Part shown: positions 13,301 to 26,593 of the stretch, piece after piece
Layout: each line of letters begins with the position of its first letter
Numbering within the stretch: position 1 is the first letter of the stretch
DNA from: Eledone cirrhosa
Taxonomy: Eukaryota
Assembly (NCBI GenBank): GCA_964016885.1
Contig: OZ024743.1
Coordinates: 179,118,001-179,182,000, forward strand
Direction of reading: 5' to 3'
Length of the DNA stretch: 64,000 nucleotides
Notes under the pieces: model-generated
Database searches by the model: none
Seen by the model: only the letters and a program-made list of their open reading frames with translations
Told to the model about the DNA's origin: nothing
Program-made: the position numbers and the translations under genes

Positions 13301-14230
13301 CTTTTCGTTTCCTGGAGATCGGGTTGTTTAATCTCCATTTGGGTGCTGGTGGTGGTGTTGAGTGTGGTGGGGAAACATTTTAATAGGACGCGGTTAATGG
13401 GCTTTTGACAGGGGTTGCCAACGTCCTGTGAAAATTGTTATTTTAATTTCTGATAGGTTTCTATCGAAACACTTATCAGTTTTAGGTGTGGTTGAGAGTC
13501 TGCCTTGACAAAAGTTTTCCCCTCAGTTTCTACTTTGAGGTCTTGGGAGATGACCTCCATTAGGTTTTGTTTCTTGTGTTAATATATGTGTATTGTTGTT
13601 TGTTTTTTTGTTGTGTTATTTTCGTTTGTTGTTCATTTTGTATTTTTCTTTTTATGGTGGCCATTTGTGTTTCGGGTGGTGTTGGTGGTGGTGTTTGTTT
13701 TGCTGGTAGGAGGGGGGGGGGGTGATTGTGGTGGTGTTTGTTTTGTTGTTTGTGTTGGTTGTTGTATATTCGTGTTGGTGATTGGTGTTTTTGTGGCTTT
13801 CCGGTGTCTCTTTTTTTGTTTTTTTTTTATTTCCGAGGCTCTCTTTCATCTTCACTTGGGGATGGAGAAGTAGCCTCGTCTGACGATGAATCGTCATCAG
13901 GGGCGTGTGGGCGGGGTATGTTGTGTGGTGATGGTGTGTTTGTGTGTGTGATTGTGGTAGTGTTGGATGGAGTAGTTCTGTCTCTGCTCTAATCTCCAGT
14001 CCTAATCACCCAACAATGTAAACATTTTACCTAATCCAATCTTGCTCTTAACCAGTGTAGAACTCAAACCAGCTGAGACATCATACAACACTATATAAAA
14101 AAAGCTTAGTGTCCTACTACATTGCTAAAATAAACTTTAACTTAACATTGTAGCTCCACCAATCATAATTTGTCCTTATGTCTAATTAATAACTGGTTAT
14201 ATTATTTATAATATAACCAGTTACTAATTA

Positions 14231-14422
14231 GGGCGGTGGATTGGCAGTATCGGTAGAGGGTCTGATGCCATGCTTTTCAGCATAGAGTTACGGCCATTTA
14301 TGGTCTGATTCAAATTCCGCCGAGGTCAAATTTGCCTTTCATCCTTACGGGGTCGATAAATTAAAGTACCAGTTATACACTGGGATAATTGCTGGCCTTG
14401 TGCCAACAGTGGAAACAATTAT
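14231..14422 (+). mobile_element. SINE copy, near full length
   Basis: GGCGGTGGATTGGCAGTATCGGTAGAGGG head plus the same body as 3-192. Confidence 0.75.
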
Positions 14423-15093
14423 TTATATATAAGTATAAAGGATGATGTGTTCAAGCAGAGAGATGCTATAAATATAGCTCAGAAAATAGGGTGAAGATCA
14501 TTGACCCTTTAACATTTACATTACTCTATATTTACTATTACATTTTCATGATAAAAGCTTTATCTCACATAATATCAAATCTATGAGATTTTGATTTAAT
14601 TTATTTTGAGAAAAATACCTTAACATCAGTATGAGTGGCCAGTTAGGAGTGGTTTAAACAGAAAGAGGTACTAGAATTCTGGCCAGATATGGCCAATTTA
14701 AATGCTAAATGTGTTAAATGATGGACAAAGAAGTTGCCATTAGCTGCTATGAGGAAGTGAATCCCACATTTCCCAAATACCGGCTATTTTTATATCATCC
14801 CTGCACTTGAGAATATCATCCTTTGTATATATGTAATAAATGCTTTTCCTTCTTTTACAGTGAACAGTCTGTTCATGTAACTTATTGTCTAATTATATAT
14901 ATATATTAGAAAATGAGGTTTTTTTTCCAAAATGAAAAGTAAACGAGATGTCCTACACGAATGAAAGTATAAGGAAAAAAGATGAAATCGAAAATGCAAC
15001 TGGAGTCTTTTTAAGAATATTTATTTGGTTACTTTACCGGTTTCGCAGTTCTTATGCTTTTCAAAAGTAGAATTGAGATGGAGGGTTTGTGGT

Positions 15094-15194
<101 letters not shown>

Positions 15195-15212
15195 TAGATA
15201 TATATAGATATT

Positions 15213-15264
<52 letters not shown>

Positions 15265-15498
15265 TTAGAAACACACAGATACATGCGGACACACACATAT
15301 ATACATGAATGCATCCGCACCCAACTGTGAGTTAAGGGTGCCAACTTCACCGATGTTGCTCAATGAATGACTGGGACAGACCAATTCAGTTTGAACCAGA
15401 CTGAACCAGTATCAGAGTTAAAAATACATTATGAAGAGAGAAGAAACATTTAGATATAATTAGTAATAAAATGTATCATACCTAAACTGTTCCTAAAT

Positions 15499-15586
15499 TC
15501 CTCGACTACGTAGTTTCGTGGCATAAACAAAAACAATATATCAAAGATATAGAGTCCTTGCGAGGTCTGCCGACTTATCAAGAGGA
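15499..15586 (-). ncRNA. Type I hammerhead ribozyme with U3-A8 core variant
   Basis: Minus strand reads UCCUC-UUGAUAA-[long stem II GUCGGCA..UGCCAC]-GAAAC-UACGUA-GUC|GAGGA. Stem I is UCCUC/GAGGA and stem III is the palindrome ACUACGUAGU. Confidence 0.75.
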
Positions 15587-16429
15587 TACCTCATTTTACT
15601 AGTCTCAAGAACGCGTCTACACGACGTGAGAAAGAATCCCAAAAGGCGGAGGGGGAGATAGTCACGCGATATAACGGTCGAGAAACAGAGCCAAGCCTCT
15701 TATAACCACGAAGAAAATACCATATATATATATATATATATATTTCTGACAGGAAATAAAAGATTGATTCTTTTAGCTTCCCATCCCCACATAAAATTTG
15801 TAAATCAGTGGCTAGAATAGCAACTATCAGTTGCCAGTTGCTATTCGCTTTACCGTGTCGGTTGTCACAAACATCATGACCGGCATGGGCCGGTGTTTGG
15901 ATTCTGTCGATCGATTGGTTATTGATTAGGCGATACCCGCTGATGAAGCCGCATAAGCCGATTGTGCATTGTTGCATGATATATGCAGACAGATGGTGCA
16001 TTGCACCTTACTGCTGCATTAGTGCGGCAGAAACTCGAGTCGAGGTACCTTATAGGCACCCGTTTTACTTGTGTTGTGTTGAGGCAAATAACTATGTGTA
16101 TACTCATACTGTTGTAATGTATCTTACTTTGCCCATTGAGTTCGCTGAAATACAACCGGTACTGGCATTGATAAATATGCTGGGTCCGTCAACCCTTATT
16201 AATATTATTATATATATATATATATAGGAAAAAGAATGACGCCGACGGCAGAGCTCAAGCCGTCACGACGGCTATTTCTGGACTAAAAGAGTAGTCCAGA
16301 AATAACCGTCGAAACGGCTTGAGCTCTGCCGTCGGGGTCATTCTTTTTCCTATTACCCAATCTACTACCCAAATTATTGAGTACTCTTGTGTGTTATGCT
16401 CCATCTGGTTCCTTACCACAATTACTTCG

Positions 16430-16481
<52 letters not shown>

Positions 16482-16718
16482 GTACATTTTAAGCATGTGG
16501 TATAATTTGTTTATGTATTGCATAAACAATAGCATAAACACAAGCCTAGTCATTGATGAAGATCAATGGAATAAGTACTACACTTAAAAGATAAACTAGA
16601 AATTGGTGTCAGGAAGGAGGACATCCGCACACAGAATACTGTCTCTAAAAGGTCTCATCTCACACGTCAGAAGAGAAAACCAGATGTAAAAGAGATGATA
16701 ATGATGATAATGATGATA

Positions 16719-16773
<55 letters not shown>

Positions 16774-16849
16774 CGACAACAATGATGATGGCGATGATGA
16801 TGATGCTGGATCAATGGATAGATGGATAAATAGATGGATGGATAGATAG

Positions 16850-17682
16850 ATAGATATATTTCTTTATTTGCCACAAGGGCGCACAAAAAAAAGACACATG
16901 CCGGGGGTTTTACATACAGTCGTGTAAAAATATTATTAAAACAAACAAATTTAACAATCGAAATCCCCAATAGATAGATATATTTCTTTATTTGCCACAA
17001 GGGCGCACAAGAAAAGGGGATAATACAAAGACACATGCCGGGGGTTTTACATACAGTCGTGTAAAAATATTATTAAAACAAACAAATTTAACAATCGAAA
17101 TCCCCAATAGATAGATATATTTCTTTATTTGCCACAAGGGCGCACAAGAAAAGGGGATAATACAAAGACACATGCCGGGGGTTTTACATACAGTCGTGTA
17201 AAAATATTATTAAAACAAACAAATTTAACAATCGAAATCCCCAATAGATAGATATATTTCTTTATTTGCCACAAGGGCGCACAAGAAAAGGGGATAATAC
17301 AAAGACACATGCCGGGGGTTTTACATACAGTCGTGTAAAAATATTATTAAAACAAACAAATTTAACAATCGAAATCCCCAATAGATAGATATATTTCTTT
17401 ATTTGCCACAAGGGCGCACAAGAAAAGGGGATAATACAAAGACACATGCCGGGGATTTACATACAGTCGTGTAAAGATATTATTACAACAATTATAACAA
17501 TCGAAATCCCCAATAGGGAGGAGGCGCCAAAAATGGGTTGTTTAATACCCCGTAGCTAGAACAACCCTCAACTGCAGGAGCGTGTTGTGCAAGTGCTCCT
17601 TTCTTCCTTTTGCTCTCTTCTTCAACCTACAGGTTTATAAACAGAGAAGGCCCAATCACTCGGGCCATTTTCGCTTCATTCG
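16850..17682 (-). mobile_element. Tx1 LINE 3' end with 137-bp tandem reiteration of its 3' terminus
   Basis: A 137-bp period (ORFs at 16988, 17125, 17262). The unit is homologous to the 3' UTR at 4719-4845, and the last unit continues into the ORF end until about 17682. Confidence 0.85.
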
Positions 17683-18063
17683 AGACAGGGAGAGAGTAGG
17701 AGGAAGAGAGAATAAGAATTACGAGAGAGAAGAATGGAAATTATAAGGGGACTGGGTTTTCAGAAGTGGAGGGGGGGGGGTGAAGGAATATGTATGAGTG
17801 TGTGAATGTGTGAGTGAGTCAGTCTGTATGGGATGTGCATGAGTGTCTGCGTGTGTGAGTGAATGTGTATGTGAGTGAGTATGTGAGTGCGTATGTAAGT
17901 GTGTGTGTGTGTGTATGTGACTGTATAAGTGAGTGTTATTATAAGTGTGTGTGTGTGTGTGTGTGAGAGAGTGAGTGTGTGAGTGCGTATGTGATTGCAT
18001 ATGTAAGTGTGTATGTGTATGTGAGTGTGTATGTGACTGAATAAGTGAGTGTGTATATGAGTA

Positions 18064-18099
<36 letters not shown>

Positions 18100-18210
18100 C
18101 AAGAGAGAGAGAGAGAGATAGAGAGAGAGCAAGACAGAGAGTGAGAGAGAGCAAGAGAGAGAGAGTGAGAGAGATAGAGAACAAGAGTTAGAGAGATAGA
18201 GAGATAGATA

Positions 18211-20030
18211 TGTTTCTTTTATTTGCCACCAGGGCATCAAAAGTGGGACAAGTACAAAGGGGGGAGTTTACAAAACAAGGCGTCCTCAATAAGGAGGAGG
18301 CAATAACAAAATATAAAAATAAAATAAAATATAACAGAATAGAATTTATAACAAAATCCTCAATAGAGAGGAGGCGCCTTGGGGGGTCGCACACACCTCC
18401 GAAAAAAAGTGTGCAACCCTTTTCCTCAGGAGCACAGACAAGGAGTGCTCCCTTGGTCTTTCATCTTCCTCACCTATAGTCTGATGTAGAGTGAAGGCCC
18501 ATTCACACGGGCCATTCTCGCCACTTTCACCCATCTTTCATAAAAACGGCTGGGGTGCAGCACCTCTCTCTTCATCCTGATCCTTCTTCCGAAATGATAT
18601 CGGAAGAAACGGATCAGTTGTTGGCCAGAGAGAAAGGTGTCTGACCTCAGTCCTTTCAGACGCGTCCACCATACAATCTCTTTCGCTATAGCTATTACGC
18701 ACAGAAACACCGCCTCTCCTTCGTTTTTGAAGAGGGGGGGCGCCTTGATCGTTACAATAGACTCGGTGGTCAACCGGATCGGTCCCACCCTTGACAGCAG
18801 TTGTTCGACATAGCCCCACAGATCAGCAATGCCCTAGCAGTGTACCAACGCGTGTGCAACGGTTTCCTCGTCGCACACGCATCTGGGACAGATCTTTTTC
18901 GAGGGGTCCCTACCCGGGCGCCCGTGTCTGTAGAGCCTTTCTCGAACGGGCAGAGCCCTTCTGTAGCACTGCCAGGCCAGGGACCTCTGGAAGTTATCCA
19001 TGGGTCCCGGGCTGAATGTCCTACCGAACAGGTTGGCCAGTTCGTCTTCCTCCATGCCTAGGGCTTCTCCGAGGGCGTCGTCGCACCTGCTAACCACCAG
19101 CCCTCTATAGAATGACGAGGTGGATTCTCCACTGACAGCCGGGTCCGCCTGCCAGAGAGCCGTGAGCGCCTGGGAACACTCGGTGTGCCAGGCGCCCAGT
19201 TTTCTCGGTCTCTGCTTCACCCAGGATTGCAGCTCGGTGAATGAGACGAGTCTGGGAAAGGCTCGCTTCACAAACGGGGCCCACACCGGTTGACCGGAGA
19301 GGAATACCTGGAGGTGCCGTAGCCTTAATGCGTGTTTACGTATCATTAGCCACGGCATCCCCAGCCCTCCTTTCGAAGGGTGTTGACAGTGGATGGATCT
19401 CCTCACCATAGGAGCCCGCTTCTTCCAAAGGAATTGGAAGAGTGCGCGCTCCATTTTGGCGAGCGTTTCCCTTGGGCAAGGCACAACGGTCAGGCGGTAG
19501 TAGATGACGGACGCTATATAAGTGTTCTCCACCTCCGCCCGACCTTTCAGGGACAGTTTGCACTCGGCCCACTTCTGGGTCAGTGCAAACACCCTGTTCG
19601 TTACTTCACCCCAGTTCTTCTCCACCTGGAGGTCCGGTCCGAACCAGACCCCGAGCAACTTCACCGGGCTCTCTGTCCAGCGCCCGACGACGCCATCGGA
19701 GGGCATCGATCTGCCCCTCCACGTGCCGAGTTGCAGACCGATCGACTTGTCCCGGTTCAGCTTAGCCCCTGTAAACCTTTCGTACTCCTCCAGTAAGGTG
19801 CCGATCGCCCCGATTTCCGAGGCCGTAGACACCATTACTGTTACGTCGTCGGCGTAGGCCGACACCGCTTTCCGCAATCCCGGTTCCAACGGGATGCCCT
19901 GCAACAACTCCAACTTCCGCAGCAGTGGCTCTAGAGTCATTACATACAGAAGGGAGGAGAGAGGGCACCCCTGTCGGATGGATCGCGCGATTTCGAACGG
20001 CTCCGAGAGGTAGCCGTTCACCTTCACCCT
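18211..20030 (-). mobile_element. 5'-truncated Tx1/L1-clade LINE, copy A (RT core to 3' UTR, one in-frame stop near 18834)
   Basis: RQGCPLS, AYADD, LLGVWFG and CPRC..ET..H...HC in ORFs 18834-20027 and 18474-18788. The 3' end abuts a (GA)/(GATA) tract. Confidence 0.9.
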
Positions 20031-20089
20031 AATAGATAGATAGATAGATAGAGAGAGAGAGCAAAAGAAAGAGAGAAAGAGAAAGAGAC

Positions 20090-20143
<54 letters not shown>

Positions 20144-20146
<3 letters not shown>

Positions 20147-21929
20147 TCGTTATTTGCCACTAGGGCACAAGAGAAAGGGACAAATACACAGGGGGAGTTT
20201 ACATAAATGCGAGTAAAGAAAAAGGCATAACAATAAGAATAATATAATAATAAAAGTCCTCAAAAGGGAGGGGGCGTGTTGGGGATTGCACATACCCCCA
20301 AAAAGTGTGCAACCCTTTTCGCGGGTTAAGCCCAGAGAGGAGGCGCTCCCCCTTTCCTCTTCACTTTTTCACCTACAGAACAATGTAGAGAGAAGGCCCA
20401 TTTACACGAGCCATTCTCGCTTCTTTCACCCACCTTTCATAAAACTGTCTGGGGCCAAGCACTTCTCTCTCCATCCTGATCCTTCTTCCGAAGTGGTATC
20501 GGAAGAAGTAAACCAGGTGTTGGCCGGAGAGAAAGTCACCCGACCTCAGACCTTTCAGGCGCGTCCACCACACAACCTCTTTCATCATGGCTATTACGCA
20601 CAGAAAGACCGCCTCTGCTTCATTTCTGAAGAGAGGAGGCGGTTTGATGTTCACCACAGACTCGGCGGTCAATCGAATCGGCGCCACACACGACAGCAGT
20701 CGTTCGACGTAGCCCCACAGATCGGCAACGCCCGGGCAGTGTACCAGTGCGTGCGCAACGGTTTCCTCGTCGCACACGCATCTGGGACAGATCTTTTTCG
20801 CGGGATCCCTGCCCGGGAACCCGTGTCTGTAGAGCTTTTCTCGAACGGGCAGAGCCACCTCCCGGTAGCACTGCCAGGCTAGGGACCTCTGGAAGTTGTC
20901 CATGGGTCCCGGGCCGAAAGTTCTACCGAACAGGCTGGCCAGTTCGTCCTCCTCCATGCCTAGCGACTCTCCAAGGGTGCCGTCGCCCCTGCTAGCCACC
21001 AGCCCTCTATAGAATGTCGAGGTGGATTCTCCACTGATAGTCGGGTCCGCTTGCCAGAGAGCCGTGAGCGCCTGGGCACACTCGGTGTGCCAGTTGCCCA
21101 GTTTTCTCGGTCTTTGCTTCACCCAGGATTGCAGCTCGGTGAGCGAGACGAGCTGTGGGAAGGCTCGCCTCACAAACGGGGCCCACACCGGCTGATCGGT
21201 GAGGAATACCTGTAGATGCCGTAGCCTCAATGCGTGCCTACGCATCAACATCCACGGCATCCCCAGCCCTTTCGAAGGGTGCTGGCAGCAGATGGATCTC
21301 CCCACCATGGGAGGCCGCTTCTTCCAGAGGAACTGGAAGAGCATGCGCTCCATGATGGTGAGCGTTTCCTTGGGGCAAGGCACGACGGTCAGGCGGTAGT
21401 AGATGACGGACGCTATGTAAGCGTTCGTCACCTCCGCCCGACCTTTCAGTGATAGTTTGCACTTGGCCCACTTCTGGGTCAGCGCAAACACCCTGCTTGT
21501 CACCTCGCCCCAATTCTTCTCCACCTGGAGGTCCGGTCCGAACCAGACCCCGAGCAGCTTCACCGGGCCCTCCGTCCACCGCCCGACAACACCGTCTAAC
21601 GGCATCGGTTTGCCCCTCCACGTTCCGAGTTGCAAACCGACTGACTTGTCCCGGTTCAGCCTAGCCCCCGTCAGCCTTTCGTATTCCTCCAGTAGGGTGC
21701 CGATCGCCCCGATTTCCGAGGCCGTAGACACCATTACTGTTACGTCGTCGGCGTAGGCCGACACCGCTTTCCGCAATCCCGGTTCAAACGGGATGCCCTG
21801 CAACAACTCCAACTTCCGCAGCAGTGGCTCTAGAGTCATTACATACAGAAGGGAGGAGAGAGGGCACTCCTGTCGGGTGGACCGCGCGATTTCGAACGGC
21901 TCCGAGAGGTAGCCGTTCACCTCCACCCT
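20144..21929 (-). mobile_element. 5'-truncated Tx1/L1-clade LINE, copy B
   Basis: 517-aa ORF 20373-21926 with RQECPLS, AYADD and zf-RVT. Its 3' UTR differs from copy A and ends in (TCTA)n. Confidence 0.9.
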
Positions 21930-21976
21930 AATAGATAGATAGAGAGAGCAAGAGAAAGAGAGAAAGAGAAAGAGAC

Positions 21977-22023
<47 letters not shown>

Positions 22024-22090
22024 TAGATAGATACATAGATAGATAGAGAGTGTGACGGAGAGAGAGAAAGAGAGAGAAAGCGAGAGAGAG

Positions 22091-22134
<44 letters not shown>

Positions 22135-23171
22135 ATGGAAATGAGAACGAAGTGATTTAATGGAATTAGAGAGGTAGAGCCAATGAGAAAAACGGGTGTG
22201 AAAAAAGTAGAGAGAGAGAGGTGGAGTATATATTAGAGGTGAGAGAAGGAAAGTATGAGAGAGAGAGAGAGAGAATAATATATGAGTAGCGAGAGAAGGG
22301 AAGTATGAGAGAGAGAGAGGTACTATGAGAAATAGAGAAAAAAGCAGGTAATATATTGATATAGGAGATTTAGAATGAGAGTAATTGTATGGAATATAGA
22401 TGACTATCGGAGAGTTGTACCTCTGTATCACAGATTGACGTTGTGTTAATAGACAGGTCAAACACCTCCAATATAAAGAGTTTCATATGTATTTTTATTG
22501 TATTATCCATACTTAGTGACTCCACTATTATGTTATTTTATGTCTATTTTCTATCTGTCTGTTTTAGATGATGGTTGTAATTTGAGGGAAATTTGGTTGC
22601 TATTTTGAACAGGTTGAGTGACTATATAAGATGTCTTGCCTTGACTCGTTGATTTGCTAATGTTATTTTTATTGTTGTTGGTATAATTGTTGTTGATGAT
22701 GTTCTGGTAAATTTTCTGTCACACATCAGCCCTGATCTAGTCCCGATCTAATTGATCTGAGATAAAATTCCTTTTAATTATGACTAAGCTGACATATATC
22801 CGGTACTATATTACCCAATGTTTTATTTTCAAACTCTATGGTGTGACGTGAGCTAAGGGCGTGGGCTCAGGGCCTTATTTCATAGGCAGCAAAAAGAGCA
22901 GTCGCCCTGATCCACCGCAAGTGGGGGACCCTACCAGCGACGGCCGTAGTAATTTATTTGTGCCTTCAGTTGGGCTTTTTAGTTTTAGGGTGGTTAGAAT
23001 TTTTGAATTTAATACGCGCATAATATACTAATTATCTCCGTTACTTGCGCCAAGCTAACTTTGGTATGTAAAATTGGGTGGGTGGAGGGTCCGTGTATTC
23101 TATTTTATTTATTCTGTATGAGGTTCTCCGCAAACCTGAAGTGCCCCCCACCCCCCAAGTCTAAATCTAAC

Positions 23172-23290
23172 CCTGCGTGACCTAGTGGTAAGGTGTTGGA
23201 TTTACGAGGATAATGTCGATTCGATTCCTGGACTGGGTTGTGTGTTGTGTTCTTGAAGAAAACATAGCATTTCACGTTACTCCAGTATCT
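23172..23290 (+). mobile_element. Second tRNA-headed SINE family, degenerate
   Basis: A-box-like TGACCTAGTGG, B-box-like GATTCGATTCC, then TGTTCTTGA..AACA..ATTTCACGTT.CTCC shared with 32003-32230. Confidence 0.55.
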
Positions 23291-23339
23291 TCTTGTGGCA
23301 GTTACAGACTGCGCGTTAACATGTGATATCTCTCTCCAC

Positions 23340-23750
23340 AAAATTATTCGATCACCAGCAGCAGAGTGCAAAGAACAAACATCAAATTCAGTCCATAGGT
23401 TGACATTATCAAGCCATCGTTTTGGTTGCTGGCTTCTGCTTCACTAACCAACCAACCTTCCTTCTAGTCATAACCTACTCACACTACGAGTTGATCTTTT
23501 AATATGGCCGTATAGTCTGAGTATTCTTGACTTGACAATTGATGTAATTGGTCTACGTTTGGTAATGTTGAGCAGCTCACTGATACAGAAATGGTCGCTG
23601 AGCCGCTTGCCAGTCATAAGTCTCATGATGTGGTTCTGGAATGTAGAAAGCTTCTGAAGTGACCTTGTCCTTCAATTAACACAGTCAAGGCCATATAACA
23701 CAACTGGTAGAATGTAAGTATCAAAGATCTTAGCCTTGAAATGAGTAACA
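23340..23750 (-). pseudogene. Degenerate RTE-clade LINE RT C-terminus
   Basis: Manual translation: KAKIFDTYILPVVLYGLDC..KLSTFQNHIMRLM..RILRLYGHIKRS..LEG..PKRWLD, with stops. Confidence 0.7.
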
Positions 23751-23786
23751 GCGATAACGGGCGTCATTCCAAGGGACTAGTTTTAT

Positions 23787-23895
23787 AATTATTTCTACTT
23801 TAGGCACAAGGCCAGCAATTACCCAGTGCATTACAGGTACTTTATTTTATCGACCCCGTAAGGATGAAAGGCAAAGTCAACCTCGATGGGATTGG
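23787..23895 (-). mobile_element. 5'-truncated SINE (same family as 3-192)
   Basis: TTTCTACTTTAGGCACAAGGCCAGC..ATCGACCCCGTAAGGATGAAAGGCAAAGTCAACCTCG. Confidence 0.75.
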
Positions 23896-24253
23896 ACTAG
23901 TTTTATAATCTCAGTAGCTTAGAACCAGAGAAACCAGAATCAGCATCAGCTTGAACAGCCACCGAATTCCAGTCAGGCATCAGACATTTTAGAATGTATT
24001 TTGAGGGAGACGTGACCGCTGTATATGGCAAGTTAAAAATCCAACAAGTGGTTCGTTTTCCGGTTTTAAATAAATGACGTATGATAGAAATATGAAAACA
24101 CATGGAAATAAAGAGAGAGGGTGAGTTTGAGGGGGGGGGGGTGTAATATAAAGAGAGGAGGGGATAAATGGTAGCTGAATGGATAAAGAGAGATAAACAA
24201 GAGAGGCAAAGAGTGAAATATGTGCTTGGTAAAGATGGAAAGTAGATTTAGAA

Positions 24254-24309
<56 letters not shown>

Positions 24310-24310
24310 T

Positions 24311-24345
<35 letters not shown>

Positions 24346-25112
24346 TTCTAAATCTACTTTCCATCTTTACCAAGCACATATATACATATTTATATATATA
24401 TATATTTGAAGATATATTTCTATATACATATATATATATGCATATATAATCATTAGTCTCCTACCTAATGAAAGTAGGATATATAACCATTTTCGATTTG
24501 GATGTAACGTTGGTGTGAAAATCACACCCAGGCATAGCTTTTGTTTTTGTTTTTGTGGCAATATGATAATCCCATTTATGTCGTTGAGTATTCAGAACTA
24601 GAGTGCAATATATATACTGTTAAACAACCATAGAATAAAACATGTTGAAGTAGTTAATATATCCATTGTTTTATTATCAGAGAAGGACACAATTATTGAT
24701 CTGTCGATCAATCGATGACACTTTCTCGAGGCTAATCGTATAGACTTGCATAACTGACATCGATTCGTATGGACACTGATGAAATTTTGATCTCTGAAAC
24801 GATCGGAAAACAATAGACTAATTATCTCCGTTATTTTATGTTCATAATTCATTATTGAATCATATATACATACATATACGCGCACAGACACACATAAACA
24901 CACACACACACACATATATATATATTTGTATGTATGTATGTATATATATATATATATATATACATATATTTGTGTATGTACACACACTCACAGACACACA
25001 CATTGTATATAATGTGTCCCTTCAACAGCATTCTAATGAATATTGTCTCTATAGGTAATCAAAGTGTGTATACGTTATTGGGGACACCCTGCATATATAT
25101 ATATATATATAT

Positions 25113-25258
25113 ATAATTACAACAGTGACATAAATAGATACTCAAGTTTCGTTGGGTTCTGGGCCCCAATTTTTCAGCCTGCTCGTGACAGGCTGAAGAA
25201 ATTGGGGCCCAGAACCCAACGAGACTTGAGTACCTGTTTATGTCACTGTTGTAATTAT
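25113..25258. ncRNA. Fold-back palindrome of a hammerhead-containing fragment (probably a PLE terminal repeat)
   Basis: Arms of about 68 bp. The consensus of the two arms is ACAGG-CUGAAGA-A(A)UUGGG..CCCAAC-GAAAC-UUGA-GUA|CCUGU. Confidence 0.65.
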
Positions 25259-25459
25259 TCATACTATACTCGTCCTATGGACTGAGTGCTCATACTCTTG
25301 GATATTTCCACTTAACTTTTACTTCAGTATATATATATATATATATTCATTAGTTAAGCAAAACAAGACCACAAATTTCACAAGGAAGACATTATTAAAA
25401 GATTGTCAACATATTTTAGTTTGATGTAAGGAATGTAGAGAATAATTATAATAATATTA

Positions 25460-25650
25460 ATAATAATTGTTTCTACTTTAGGCACAAGGCCAGCAATTAT
25501 CCAGTGCATTACTGGTACTTTATTTTATCGACCCCGTAAGGATGAAAGGCAAAGTCAACCTCGGCGGGATTTGAACTCAGATCGTAAAGGGACGTAACTA
25601 TGCTGGAAAGCATGGCGTCCGACCCTCTACCGATACTGCCAATTCACCGG
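25460..25650 (-). mobile_element. SINE, near full length
   Basis: Reverse complement of the 14231-14422 type, including the head (..CCCTCTACCGATACTGCCAATTCACCG). Confidence 0.75.
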
Positions 25651-26331
25651 TCCGTTTACAATTGTTTCGCTTCTCTATATAATATTTCTGGATCAGATGA
25701 TTATATATCGTTATTGATCAGGTTCAGTTGAAAATAATTAACATATTTAAAAACAGAGCGGCTCATCGGAACTTCAAAGGAATATAAATTAAAATAAGGA
25801 GAGAATGTTACATAATGTAATGTTCCATATATTGGTATTTCACTATGGTGTCCTTATTTTCAACTGAACCAGATCATTAATTGTTTCTACTTTAGGCACA
25901 AGGCCAGCAATCAACCAGTGCATTACTGGTACTTTATTTTATCGACCCCGTAAGGATGAAAGGCAAAAAAGATCAATAATGATATATAGTCATCTGATCC
26001 AGAAATAATATATAGAGTAGCAAAACAATTGTAAACGGACATTATTATTATTATTATTCTCTACATTCCTTACATCAAATTAAAATATGTTGACAATCTT
26101 TTAATAATGTCTTCCTTGTGAAATTTGTGGTCTTGTTTTGCTTAACTAATGAATATTTCAGGCTCTGCGCGCCTAACTTCTGCATGAACCCAGCCACCTA
26201 GCTGCTTTCTACTGCATATTGCACATTGAGCACATGCCTTTACGCTTTGGCTTCTAACTAATTCACCAATCTCTCCTCTCCATTCTCCTCTCCTGTCTCC
26301 ATCTCTCTCTTTAAGATTGGTTACTCTTGAA

Positions 26332-26431
<100 letters not shown>

Positions 26432-26593
26432 TAATGTATAATAAACAATATTCTTGTATTCGTCTTATTCGGGAAACCTTTGGTAATGAGGTAATTATAC
26501 TGTATTGTTTATTATCATTAAATATTTAGCTCTGTAACTTACATAAAGTAGTCTTCATTCCTCTGACTTTTTCAATTTTCAACGGAAACTTCA

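Noticed and set aside
15935-15970. CTGATGA motif on the plus strand as a hammerhead
   Set aside because: No GAAA half-core follows and stem II is broken.
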